In this document: piece by piece, positions 53,501-61,512 of the stretch
Position numbering within the stretch: position 1 is the first letter of the stretch
How the letters are laid out: every line of letters begins with the position of its first letter
DNA from: a virus
Direction: 5' to 3' (one strand)
Length of the DNA stretch: 64,000 nucleotides
Virus record (IMG/VR): IMGVR_UViG_3300044648_000427
Translations under genes and position numbers: made by a program
The notes under the pieces: generated by a model
What the model saw: only the letters and a program-made list of their open reading frames with translations
Told to the model about the DNA's origin: nothing
Database searches by the model: none

Positions 53501-54265
53501 ACAGGTTCAATATCTATGATTGCTGATTGTTCAAGTGGGATTGAACCAGTATTCGCTTTGGCGTTTGAGAAAAAGGTTGCGGTAGGAAACTTTTATTATG
53601 TAAATCCATATTTGGAACTTTATCTTAAAAAGCATAATATTTTTTATGATGAAGAATTACTTAAAACTATTTCTAAATCAGGTTCATGTCAAAATGTAGA
53701 TTTACCTGAAGAGGTTAAACGTATTTTTGTAACTTCAATGGATATTCATGGACTTGATCATGTAGTAGCTCAAGCAGTTTGGCAACGATGGATGACAAAT
53801 GCAGTTTCAAAAACTTGTAATTTGCCTAATAATGTAACTCCTGAAGATATTGAAAATATCTATTTATTTGCTCATGAAATGGGATTGAAGGGAATCACTA
53901 TTTACCGTGATGGTAGTAGAAATACACAAGTTCTTTATACTGAAAATATGGAGAATAAACAATTAAATGCTACAGAATATTCAAGAAATCTTTATCAACA
54001 AAAGATGATTAAAGGATTAGACGGAATGATTATGAAGGCACAAATGATAAATAAAGAAGTAACTCCTACAGTTGAAGAATTTTTTACACAAAATAAGGAA
54101 TTCAATCCAAACAATCATTCTGAATATGGTGAATCTGAACTAGAACCTTTACCCCGTTACAAAACTAGTAACATAGCAGATTGTCCTAAATGTGGTAAAC
54201 GAATGGTTAAATTTGATGGATGCAAAAAATGTCCAGATCCTTCATGCGGGGAATCACTTTGTTAG
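50558..54265 (+). CDS. nrdJ: Class II (adenosylcobalamin-dependent) ribonucleotide reductase with ATP cone, intein and C-terminal Zn ribbon
   Basis: ATP cone VKKRNG..V.F...KI; PNTPT..NAG; SACF; TNPCGE; CNLGSINL; APTGSIS; YRDGSR. Confidence 0.95.
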   Translation: MIKVKKRNGSIVDFNKDKIVSAVNKALKAAKIEDSKIAKDVAISIYESIDKEQVSIDEIHGMVETELMEKGFSDAARSYILYRYKKKEKFIKERQEKRKLLNIEGQLDPVSEKFSLNSLRVLESRYLIKDENLKVIETPTALFERIATHVGCANIMYDEKVFDREAKHEPNTGTISGLLTWNNDYYIRTPEEYEKSDLHIGKYRLNGYNLKQLEQLYGKLSNENKMKVSFDEVLRMVAEGEFDKYEKTIKSYFDLMVSQKFMPNTPTIANAGNKLGQLSACFVIDMNDNIESIMDTAKDMAIIFKSGGGVGINYAKLREEGATISTTSGTSSGPLSFMNIINTVTDTVKQGGKRRGANMGSMNSSHPDILKFIHAKETPGILENFNVSVGIDGKFWECYKENKPYELISPSSGKVKATVNPRDFMKEISRSAWNSSEPGVLLFDNANKYNVMKGLKGELNSTNPCGEQYLYPYESCIAKNTRILTKDGYKFIQDIKPGEEIAINKNGYASFSTVNTIINNGIKNIYEITTHEGYTVKATNNHKFLTKSGEWVRLDELAEETELTISAKEPYCSIQTNTDNYKEDEMIGWIHGDGWFTDKVVGISFNGKDGDFDVKRRLLPVFHKVFKTEHIRPMYDSPDNFQLQTESSGAKQILVGLGVKFGRAGQRRIPDYIWETDSVRQIAFLRGLFSADGSIQNRSNTAVQLASTSKEFLLDVQLLLLRFGLHSTIYTTEFKTTKRNPQHKLALTQENARRFMDSIGFLSERKNSMFNRNPPKYYNSDKKTVRIKSIVECGKEEVYDIEVANEHQFIANGFVVHNCNLGSINLTKFVKNKLFDFDSFGQVIDICVDFLDSVIDVNKYPVNEIDKESWKTRRIGLGVMGLGDLLFMLEIPYNSVESYALQEQIAQFLSYRSISRSIKLAKLRGSFPYFEQTECKHGKVDIAGVWEGGITSKAPVADWQEVKDDIQKYGLRNVNVDMVAPTGSISMIADCSSGIEPVFALAFEKKVAVGNFYYVNPYLELYLKKHNIFYDEELLKTISKSGSCQNVDLPEEVKRIFVTSMDIHGLDHVVAQAVWQRWMTNAVSKTCNLPNNVTPEDIENIYLFAHEMGLKGITIYRDGSRNTQVLYTENMENKQLNATEYSRNLYQQKMIKGLDGMIMKAQMINKEVTPTVEEFFTQNKEFNPNNHSEYGESELEPLPRYKTSNIADCPKCGKRMVKFDGCKKCPDPSCGESLC
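51983..53011 (+). mobile_element. Intein (343 aa) with LAGLIDADG endonuclease in NrdJ
   Basis: YES|CIAKNT...T.NHKF...IGWIHGDG...FLRGLFSADG...VYDIEV..H.F.ANGFVVHN|CNLGS. Confidence 0.95.
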
Positions 54266-54581
54266 TTCAACAACCTTGCAAAATTTGTTATCTAATTCAT
54301 TCCTTTTTCATTTGTACATGTAGGTGTAAATGTCATAATGAATAAAGATCACTGTTACAAATGTAAAAGAGAAAAAACATCTTTTTGGGATAAGTTTTCA
54401 AATGTATTAACATATAAATGTTGGTGTAGGTGTCATAGTCATGTTGGATAAATACATACTTGAAGTTACAATCCAAATGCTTGAAGATGAAATGAAAGAT
54501 CCTTCCTTCGATTGCCGTATAATGCAAAGCCGCTTGAGGCGAGCAGCGGAATTGCTTATTATGCTTAAGCGGACAACATAA
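54259..54581 (+). CDS. Three coupled micro-ORFs: 54259..54345, 54338..54451 (both CxxC...CxCxCH) and 54441..54581
   Basis: Translated by hand; overlapping start/stop codons. Confidence 0.45.
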
Positions 54582-54619
54582 CAAAAACATTTATATATTT
54601 ATTTATTCTATATATTATA

Positions 54620-54877
54620 ATGAGTATAGAACAACAAGTTTTGAAAATAACTCCAACAAGAGAACAGTTCAACAGATTCATTATTTGGCATACTGAAACA
54701 TATAATCATGGTTCAAAATGGAGAGATGAAGATTTTGCAAGAAAACTCGATGTTTTTGAAAAAGAACTTGCAGAAACCGGTTCCATAACACTAGCAGATG
54801 AATATGAAATAGAAACGTGGCAAGGTTTAGTAGAAGATAATTTTATAATAGATGAAGATTACCCAACCTTCCCATAG
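54620..54877 (+). CDS. Hypothetical protein
   Basis: ORF track; canonical AAAAACATTTATATA promoter. Confidence 0.6.
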   Translation: MSIEQQVLKITPTREQFNRFIIWHTETYNHGSKWRDEDFARKLDVFEKELAETGSITLADEYEIETWQGLVEDNFIIDEDYPTFP

Positions 54878-54937
54878 AACTAGCTCAGTTATCTTTTCCT
54901 CTGGGAAAAGATTTATATTACCTTAAGTATATAGGTC

Positions 54938-55128
54938 TAGTACCATCTATTGCCGTGCAGCGAAAGTTGGGAGAAAGTTGTTTTGAAGTGTTCAGCCAAA
55001 TTTCCCCCTCAACGTTGGAGGGGGATAAAGTTTAAATATCCTTATGATTAATATAAAGTAGCGTCGTAAGGGGCCTCCGTAAAGTTGAACTACGCCGGGA
55101 GGAAGAAATTCCTCCTATATACTTTTTA
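54938..55128 (+). ncRNA. Two tandem candidate small structured RNAs
   Basis: Each has a TATA box, GC-rich hairpins (GAAA tetraloops) and no ORF. Confidence 0.4.
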
Positions 55129-55184
55129 AGTTGTTTAAACATCCTTTATAAAGGTTTTTAAATTTACAACTGCAATTACCATTT

Positions 55185-56324
55185 ATGTTTATAACTGATC
55201 CACATTTACCAGTAAACGAGCGTATTAAACAGCTCGATATAAGGGAATCAAAGATTCTTGACGATATAAAAGGTTTGGATTTATCTCTCAGAGACACCCA
55301 AAATCGTATACAAGAAATACTTCATGACTGGTCATTAGTAATCGAAGAACAACATGTTTTAGGTTCATACATGAAACCTGTTAACACAATTTGTAGTAGA
55401 ATAATACAAATTCTGAAAGAAAATAATTTAGACGAATTAACCAAATATACATACAATTTACCTGATAGATTCAAACAATTAAAGTATCAACATGCAGGAT
55501 TATTTGGAGCCGCATATAAGAACACACCATTCAAATCTGCGGATGATGTAGTTCAAAGTGAACTTGATAATTACCGAGAATTAGAAAAGGAAGAATACGT
55601 TAAGAATATGCTTTCTTCAGAACGTAAATTCCCTGTTTTTCTGCCCGCTAACACACCGCTTGACGGAATGACAAAAGATGAAATAAGAAGACGATATGAA
55701 TTGATTAAGGAAGCAAAATCTAGATTACGAGAAGAAATGAGTAACCTTGAAGAATCAATAAAACTCAACAATATTGCTCTAGTTGAAGAAAAGCTTGAAG
55801 AGCATATAAGTACGGATAAACCAGAAGCAAGAGAAACGGAATTCTCTCAAGCTATAGGAAGTACAATATTTGAACTAAATAAACTTGTTTCAACACTTGA
55901 ACAACTAAAAGAGAAAGTATATCAATTTCCTCCTAATGATGATGATGCTGCTCCATACACAATAGGATTTAACGAATTTATGAGTGAATTAATTAAAGGA
56001 ATAAATAGATTCATACAACCCATTAAAGACGAAAAATGGACTAACTCTTGGAGTAATTGGTTCCAAACAGCTAATCTTGAATATGATCACGGCAAACATG
56101 CAGCAGGAAAGATGTCAGCGGCTCCTTCGCATAAAGGAATAATGCGTCCTATGACTAGAGAGATTGTAGGTGATTCTAGAGATAAAGTATTTAATCAAGC
56201 ATTGGAATTCGTAAAAATGGTTAGCATGTTTGACCAACTAACTGATTATCACGAGAAATACATACGCCCAAGAATTCTCGATCGCAAGATTCGTCTGAGC
56301 CCAAAATTGAGTGAACAAGCTTAA
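55185..56324 (+). CDS. Hypothetical helical protein
   Basis: 379-aa ORF with TATA promoter and oligo-T terminator. Confidence 0.75.
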   Translation: MFITDPHLPVNERIKQLDIRESKILDDIKGLDLSLRDTQNRIQEILHDWSLVIEEQHVLGSYMKPVNTICSRIIQILKENNLDELTKYTYNLPDRFKQLKYQHAGLFGAAYKNTPFKSADDVVQSELDNYRELEKEEYVKNMLSSERKFPVFLPANTPLDGMTKDEIRRRYELIKEAKSRLREEMSNLEESIKLNNIALVEEKLEEHISTDKPEARETEFSQAIGSTIFELNKLVSTLEQLKEKVYQFPPNDDDAAPYTIGFNEFMSELIKGINRFIQPIKDEKWTNSWSNWFQTANLEYDHGKHAAGKMSAAPSHKGIMRPMTREIVGDSRDKVFNQALEFVKMVSMFDQLTDYHEKYIRPRILDRKIRLSPKLSEQA

Positions 56325-56381
56325 CTTAACTTTTTTTTAACCAAAAACTTTATATATTTTGATCATAGCAACCTTTATATA

Positions 56382-56564
56382 TTGACAGAAAAGTCTTATA
56401 AAATAATAAAGTATTGGTCATCGAATAATCAACCGAACAACTGTACGATTAACATACCTAAACAGTTTGTTAAAGAACATAATTTATTGAATAGCCAATT
56501 TCTAATGGTAACTTCAATTGAAAATGGTATTTTAATTCAGCCGCTAAAGGAGGTTAAAAAATGA
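56382..56564 (+). CDS. AbrB/SpoVT-like DNA-binding protein
   Basis: TINIPKQF...L....GILIQPL. Confidence 0.7.
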   Translation: MTEKSYKIIKYWSSNNQPNNCTINIPKQFVKEHNLLNSQFLMVTSIENGILIQPLKEVKK

Positions 56565-56740
56565 GTAAAAGTGAGTACAGAATAAGTCGTTGGTGGCATA
56601 CAAATAGCAGAAAAGAATCTATCACTGTTTATATTCCAAGAAAATTTGCAGATGCTCATAAAATGATGGAAAATCCCTATGTACAGATAATAAATAGAGA
56701 AGACGGCGTACTAATTAAACCTTTGGAACCTACAAATTGA
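56561..56740 (+). CDS. AbrB/SpoVT-like DNA-binding protein (tandem paralogue, not in the ORF track)
   Basis: MSKSEYRISRWW...ITVYIPRKFA...DGVLIKPL. Confidence 0.65.
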   Translation: MSKSEYRISRWWHTNSRKESITVYIPRKFADAHKMMENPYVQIINREDGVLIKPLEPTN

Positions 56741-57330
56741 AAGTCAACAAAGTTACAACAGTAGACATAAATGACGTTAAACTCGATCCTGCAAATCCGA
56801 ACGTAATGGATCAGGATGAAATGGATAGATTACGTAAAAGTATGGAGACTTATGGATTCCTTACCCCGCTTGTTCTTGATCAAAACAATATGCTTGTAGA
56901 TGGTGAACATAGATTTACTGTTTTCAAAGAATATAATATTAAGGAAATTCCATGTATAAAACTAAAATTTAATTCAGAAGCGGAAAGGCGGACTTTACGT
57001 CAGGTTATGAATAAACTTTCTGGTACTCACGATATTGAAAAAGACCTCAAAGAGCTTGAAATAATCATGGAAAATGATGCTCAAATGCTTGAAGAGCTTA
57101 CAGGAATCACCGAAAAAGAAATAGAAGATATGCGAGCGGAATTATCGGATGAGCCGCATTTCCAAATGCCGAAAAGCGATTTTGAGCCCGAAGAACAAGA
57201 GGAAAAACATGTATTACATATTCCTGTTTCCGATGGACTATTAAGTAAAATAAAGTTTATAATGAAGAAAAGAAATATAGATGATTATGAGGAATTACTA
57301 GAATGGTTAACATCTCAATCAGAGGTTTAA
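56737..57330 (+). CDS. ParB/Srx N-terminal domain protein
   Basis: NPN.M...L.KS...YGF..P.V...LVDGEHR motif. Confidence 0.85.
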   Translation: MKVNKVTTVDINDVKLDPANPNVMDQDEMDRLRKSMETYGFLTPLVLDQNNMLVDGEHRFTVFKEYNIKEIPCIKLKFNSEAERRTLRQVMNKLSGTHDIEKDLKELEIIMENDAQMLEELTGITEKEIEDMRAELSDEPHFQMPKSDFEPEEQEEKHVLHIPVSDGLLSKIKFIMKKRNIDDYEELLEWLTSQSEV

Positions 57331-57645
57331 TCTCTTTATTCTATCTACTCTAAATTCCTCACATGAATTATAATTAAATGAAATATATTCTAAAATTTGA
57401 ATAATAATTTTACAATATAATCGTAAATTTTCGCCCTTATTTAACTTACCTTTAAGGTATTTTCTTATGACGCTTGGAAACGTTGTTCGGTAATATTTTT
57501 TCAGGTCTATTTCAGGATCAAGGTAACTGGAATCGATATATGATGAGAATTTTTTTGTGAACGCTACTGGATTACCATGGTGATCTAGAATAAGTATGTC
57601 TAATTCTTCCATTCTATTCAATACTTCAGGAGCTACCACTTGCAC
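57319..57645 (-). CDS. Hypothetical protein
   Basis: ORF track; TAGTT at -34. Confidence 0.55.
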   Translation of the reverse strand: MQVVAPEVLNRMEELDILILDHHGNPVAFTKKFSSYIDSSYLDPEIDLKKYYRTTFPSVIRKYLKGKLNKGENLRLYCKIIIQILEYISFNYNSCEEFRVDRIKRLNL

Positions 57646-57702
57646 AAGTAGAATAGAAAGTTAGAGTTTATGTAAACTACCAGAAGAGTTAAATACTTTT
57701 AC

Positions 57703-58938
57703 TTGTATTTATTCGTTATGACAAAATTAAGTCCACAAGAATTAGCTATAATTAAGGAAGCTGGGGATTCTTATATAAGTCCAAGCCGATATAAAATGGC
57801 TGTTGTAAATGGAATAAGGCAAAAACTTGAAGAAGAAGATCCAGACTTTACCAATGCAGAAATGTCACAAATGTTCGAATTTCTTGCATCTTATGCTACC
57901 GATAAACACGAAAGATTAATGGTTGATTCCTTAAGAGAAAAACTAAAAAGATTTAAATTTCCTCCAGATGGTGTTGAACGATAAGTTTATTAGTTGTTTA
58001 TCGTAATAAATCAGATATGTTTGATAGGTTGTTATATCTGAACGATAGTTATCCCCCAAAAAGCCAGTTTGTTGTAAGCAATTGTGTAAATATCATCAGT
58101 GAGATTTACAAAGAATTAAGAAAAAAATACAGGATTCCTCAATATGTAGACAATTACAATAGTTTTGAATCATATTTAAAAGAAAATGATATAGAAGAAA
58201 TTTACATAAAGGATTTACCGGATATATGTAAAGCTATACTTGGATATACGGTAGATAACGGGCTAAAATTACCAAATTATTTGCAACGTAGAGTACGTAA
58301 ACTTCAAGACTTTTTTGATATAACTGAAGGAAGAAATTAATCTCCCTTCATGGTAAAGCTTAAATAGTAGTATTTCACTATTACTATTGGTAAAGTTTAT
58401 TGGTAAATATCAAGGATGTAAGAACTAAAGTAGATCAAGGTAAATACTTGAGTCTAAAAGAAAAAAGAGAATATCTCAGATGGTGTATAAATCAAGAAGT
58501 TGATAACAAGCAAATTATTGATCAATTTAGTAAGTATGATTTAAATATTTCACAGTTCGTTTTTATGCTGAATGATCTAAGGGCAAATTTACGGTCTAAT
58601 TGACTCATATAATTGATGAATATAAACAAAGATTTCTTCAAAATACTAATCTTTTTATAAAGCGTTTTCATATAGAAAATGATATAGAATTTGATAATGT
58701 TATTCCTAATGGGGCTACTATGCCTTCTCATACTGAAATGAGAGATCAAGTTATATTGAATGTAGAACTTGAAGCAAGAGATGGAAGTCGTCCACTGTAT
58801 GGTGAACTTGGAGATGAGACTTTTAGACTTCACCAAATGCAAACTCATATTGAACCTTTATACCCTTATGAATTAGATAGAAATAGAATAAATAATGTGC
58901 ATACTTTTAGGTTAAAATATTTTATAGTTAAAAATTAA
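57703..58938 (+). CDS. Hypothetical ORFs 57703..57984, 58017..58340, 58400..58603, 58600..58938
   Basis: ORF track; TATA boxes upstream of most. Confidence 0.55.
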
Positions 58939-58944
58939 AAAAAA

Positions 58945-59148
58945 TTATTTTTGCTTTCGGGCTTTTCTCATCACAACTTCATCCCCTCGCATTTCAAATA
59001 TTACTGAATCTGGATAATTCCAGTTTTCAATTATATCTTTTGGGATATAGGCTTGTGTGCCTCTTGTTGGATGATGGGTTACACTAGATTTAAATTTTCT
59101 TGTACCCTCAGCATATTTTTTACCATTAAAAACTAAATAATCGGTCAT
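58945..59148 (-). CDS. AbrB/SpoVT-like DNA-binding protein
   Basis: GTQAYIPKDI....PDSVIFEMRGDEVVMRK; TACTT at -35 from ATG 59148. Confidence 0.7.
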   Translation of the reverse strand: MTDYLVFNGKKYAEGTRKFKSSVTHHPTRGTQAYIPKDIIENWNYPDSVIFEMRGDEVVMRKARKQK

Positions 59149-59216
59149 AAAGAAGAAATGCAATCTGTGATATTTGGGAAGTAATGTTTAAATAGAAGAG
59201 AGTTTAATATTATTTA

Positions 59217-59304
59217 GGTTCCGTCCGGCTGGCAAAAGGGTGTTAGCCTGTAAAATCCGGACTACGAGGTAGATTAGTCTTTGACTATTCAAGCCTCAGG
59301 TTCC
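59217..59304 (+). ncRNA. Candidate small structured RNA
   Basis: GC-rich, two hairpin domains, TTTAAATA about 25 nt upstream, no ORF. Confidence 0.4.
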
Positions 59305-59308
59305 TCCA

Positions 59309-59662
59309 TTAACCCCTACGAATCATAATTCCCCTTTTTGACATCACACAGTCATAAGTATGAATAAATATAAATTCATTATTCTCTTTGGGATGTGCAG
59401 TAATTTCACCATAATTACTACCAATATGACATTTATCTACTAAAATTGTCAATATAACATGCCAATTTTCTACAAGATACATCCTGAATACATCATCAAA
59501 TAATATACCTCTTGGAGCTTCATCAAGAGTTTTCATACCTTCTAAATTATCTACTAAGTCAACTTGATCTAAACCATATGGAATAGTCTCAACCACTTCT
59601 GGAACCACAAAGGAAAACCTATCATTATTTACAGAAAATTCAGTAATATAAATTGGGTTCAA
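59309..59662 (-). CDS. Hypothetical protein
   Basis: ORF track. Confidence 0.55.
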   Translation of the reverse strand: MNPIYITEFSVNNDRFSFVVPEVVETIPYGLDQVDLVDNLEGMKTLDEAPRGILFDDVFRMYLVENWHVILTILVDKCHIGSNYGEITAHPKENNEFIFIHTYDCVMSKRGIMIRRG

Positions 59663-60129
59663 AGTAATTGCCTCACCATCCTTTTACATTGTAGTCTTAC
59701 AAACGTTATATCTCTATAAGTTTCATACTTCATTAACTCTTTACCCAAATCACGTTGTTTGTATTCATGTTCTACACCATCAATCCAATATTTACTAGGA
59801 GGTTGACTATTATATATTTCCCGATTTCGCTTTTGCATAAACGGTTCTAAATCCCATGCATGAGCACAATCAAACCCCACATACCATAAATTGTCATTTT
59901 CCTCTTCCCAAAAATCACTGAATGTTAATCCACCATGAACATCCAACCATATATCATCATAATGCTTTTTATAATATTTATGCCCTTCAGGTAGTCCTAC
60001 ATAACCACAAAGATGACCAAAATCAGGGTGACGAACAATAAGACATTTATAACCCTTGTAAGTAAAGGTTTCTCTGTTAGGTTCAGATTTTATCTTCTCC
60101 AGAACACGATCTAGTTTATCCACAAACAA
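59659..60129 (-). CDS. Conserved viral hypothetical protein
   Basis: HLCGYV...VHGGLTF...GFDCAH motif family common in tailed viruses. Confidence 0.7.
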   Translation of the reverse strand: MFVDKLDRVLEKIKSEPNRETFTYKGYKCLIVRHPDFGHLCGYVGLPEGHKYYKKHYDDIWLDVHGGLTFSDFWEEENDNLWYVGFDCAHAWDLEPFMQKRNREIYNSQPPSKYWIDGVEHEYKQRDLGKELMKYETYRDITFVRLQCKRMVRQLL

Positions 60130-60165
60130 ACATATTAACTAACCTACCTATAAGTCTTTCCAATA

Positions 60166-60179
60166 ATTCCACGTGGAAT
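60166..60179. promoter_or_regulatory. Perfect 14-bp palindrome ATTCCACGTGGAAT between divergent promoters (operator candidate)
   Basis: Direct reading; adjacent to a wHTH gene. Confidence 0.4.
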
Positions 60180-60260
60180 AGGATTTTTATATAATTTTTT
60201 CCCCCATTTAGGAAGCCTTTTCCACAAAACTTAAATAGTTCAAAATATCTCTGCTCTTTC

Positions 60261-60884
60261 ATGACCGAAGAAACCGTTCAAGCGGAAGAAATGATTAACA
60301 CGCCTGAGGCTAAGCAAGATGCATTATTTACTGATCCTTCCAAAGATAATGTAAAAATTACTTCTGGTTCTACACAGCAATCTACCGATGTTACCATTGA
60401 ATCCGAGTTACTTAATAACACATTACGTTTTATGGTACTAAGAGGTAAAGCATGGCCTAATGTCCATCAAGCATACATACATTTAAGCATGATTTTCATG
60501 AACCCTGCATGGTATGGAGAAAATGATTTAGCTACAAAAGTTAACGACAATTTCAAGAAAGCTCCCTTCACCGCAGATCAAACCAAACAGGCGTTGAAGC
60601 GATTAGCCGAAATAGGAATTTTGGAAACCAAGCAAGTCAAAGGTAGTCCGAAATACAAAGTATCAAGATTAGGTAGTGCGATTATCTCACAGGATAATAT
60701 TCTGCTCCAATTACTTGGATTTAAACAGCCCGAACAACCACCACAACCACAGCCACAACCTGAAGCATCAGCAACGTTAGAAGCTTCTACAGAAGCTGCA
60801 ATTCCTGAACCAGTATTAAATATAGCAGAAGAACAACAAAAACCCATTGATACTGATTCTGAACAGGATAACACTCCAGCTTAA
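60261..60884 (+). CDS. Winged-helix DNA-binding protein with disordered acidic termini
   Basis: QTKQALKRLAEIGIL.....PKYKVS.LG. Confidence 0.65.
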   Translation: MTEETVQAEEMINTPEAKQDALFTDPSKDNVKITSGSTQQSTDVTIESELLNNTLRFMVLRGKAWPNVHQAYIHLSMIFMNPAWYGENDLATKVNDNFKKAPFTADQTKQALKRLAEIGILETKQVKGSPKYKVSRLGSAIISQDNILLQLLGFKQPEQPPQPQPQPEASATLEASTEAAIPEPVLNIAEEQQKPIDTDSEQDNTPA

Positions 60885-61174
60885 ATTTTTTCCTTACAGC
60901 GTTTAACGGCAAAAACGTGCTGCGGCCATTGTGGATATTGGTATAGTGAAATAACAGAGCCGCATCTTTTACAAACCCCTTCTACTTCTTTAAATTTAAA
61001 ACCATCAAGTAAACTTTTCCATTCTGAACTTTCCATATTATCTTTAACTGCTTTGGTAGATTCATGACCGAGTAATCTGCACTTGAAATTATGGGGTTTA
61101 GTGCATCCTTCCTCAAGCTCCAAAGAGTACAAGAAAAATTTTAAATCAATAAAAGACTTTAACATATGATTCAT
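60881..61174 (-). CDS. Hypothetical protein (C..GH...CKRC)
   Basis: ORF track. Confidence 0.5.
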   Translation of the reverse strand: MNHMLKSFIDLKFFLYSLELEEGCTKPHNFKCRLLGHESTKAVKDNMESSEWKSLLDGFKFKEVEGVCKRCGSVISLYQYPQWPQHVFAVKRCKEKI

Positions 61175-61512
61175 AATGATAACATGTATGTGATGTGAAT
61201 TGAAGGTTATGAGAATTAGAATTTTCTTTTTTCGTGGGAATTTTTTTTATTTTATTGGCACATAAGCAAGGATTTTATTTTTTATTTTTGAACCTTCAAG
61301 CCTTTTTTATTTCACAATATTTTAATTTTTTAATTCAGGCACTCAAGCCGGGAATTTTTTTTGCCAAAAAAAAAACTTTTAAGGGCGAAACGTTTATATA
61401 TGGGAAGTTTAATCGAAACATTTATATTACACTAAGAAAATTTAAACAAATTAAAATAATTCTAGTTTAAAAATTGGTTATATTAAAAAGGAAAATAGTG
61501 GGTTATGATGAA

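Larger units (their letters stand above)
1841..59183. promoter_or_regulatory. Dispersed TA[G/C]TT box 34-39 nt upstream of virion-gene starts (putative late promoter)
   Basis: At least 17 instances at near-fixed spacing; see findings. Confidence 0.7.

Noticed and set aside
54530-54572. Hairpin CCGCTTGAG...CTTAAGCGG
   Set aside because: Lies within the plausible micro-ORF 54441..54581; no independent support as an RNA
54955-54985. Faint resemblance of GCAGCGAAAGUUGGGAGAAAG to c-di-GMP-I riboswitch P2
   Set aside because: Conserved GYAAAC and P1/P3 elements are absent; kept only as an unclassified RNA candidate
61234-61470. 78-aa Phe-rich ORF
   Set aside because: Translation of T-tracts in a probable non-coding region
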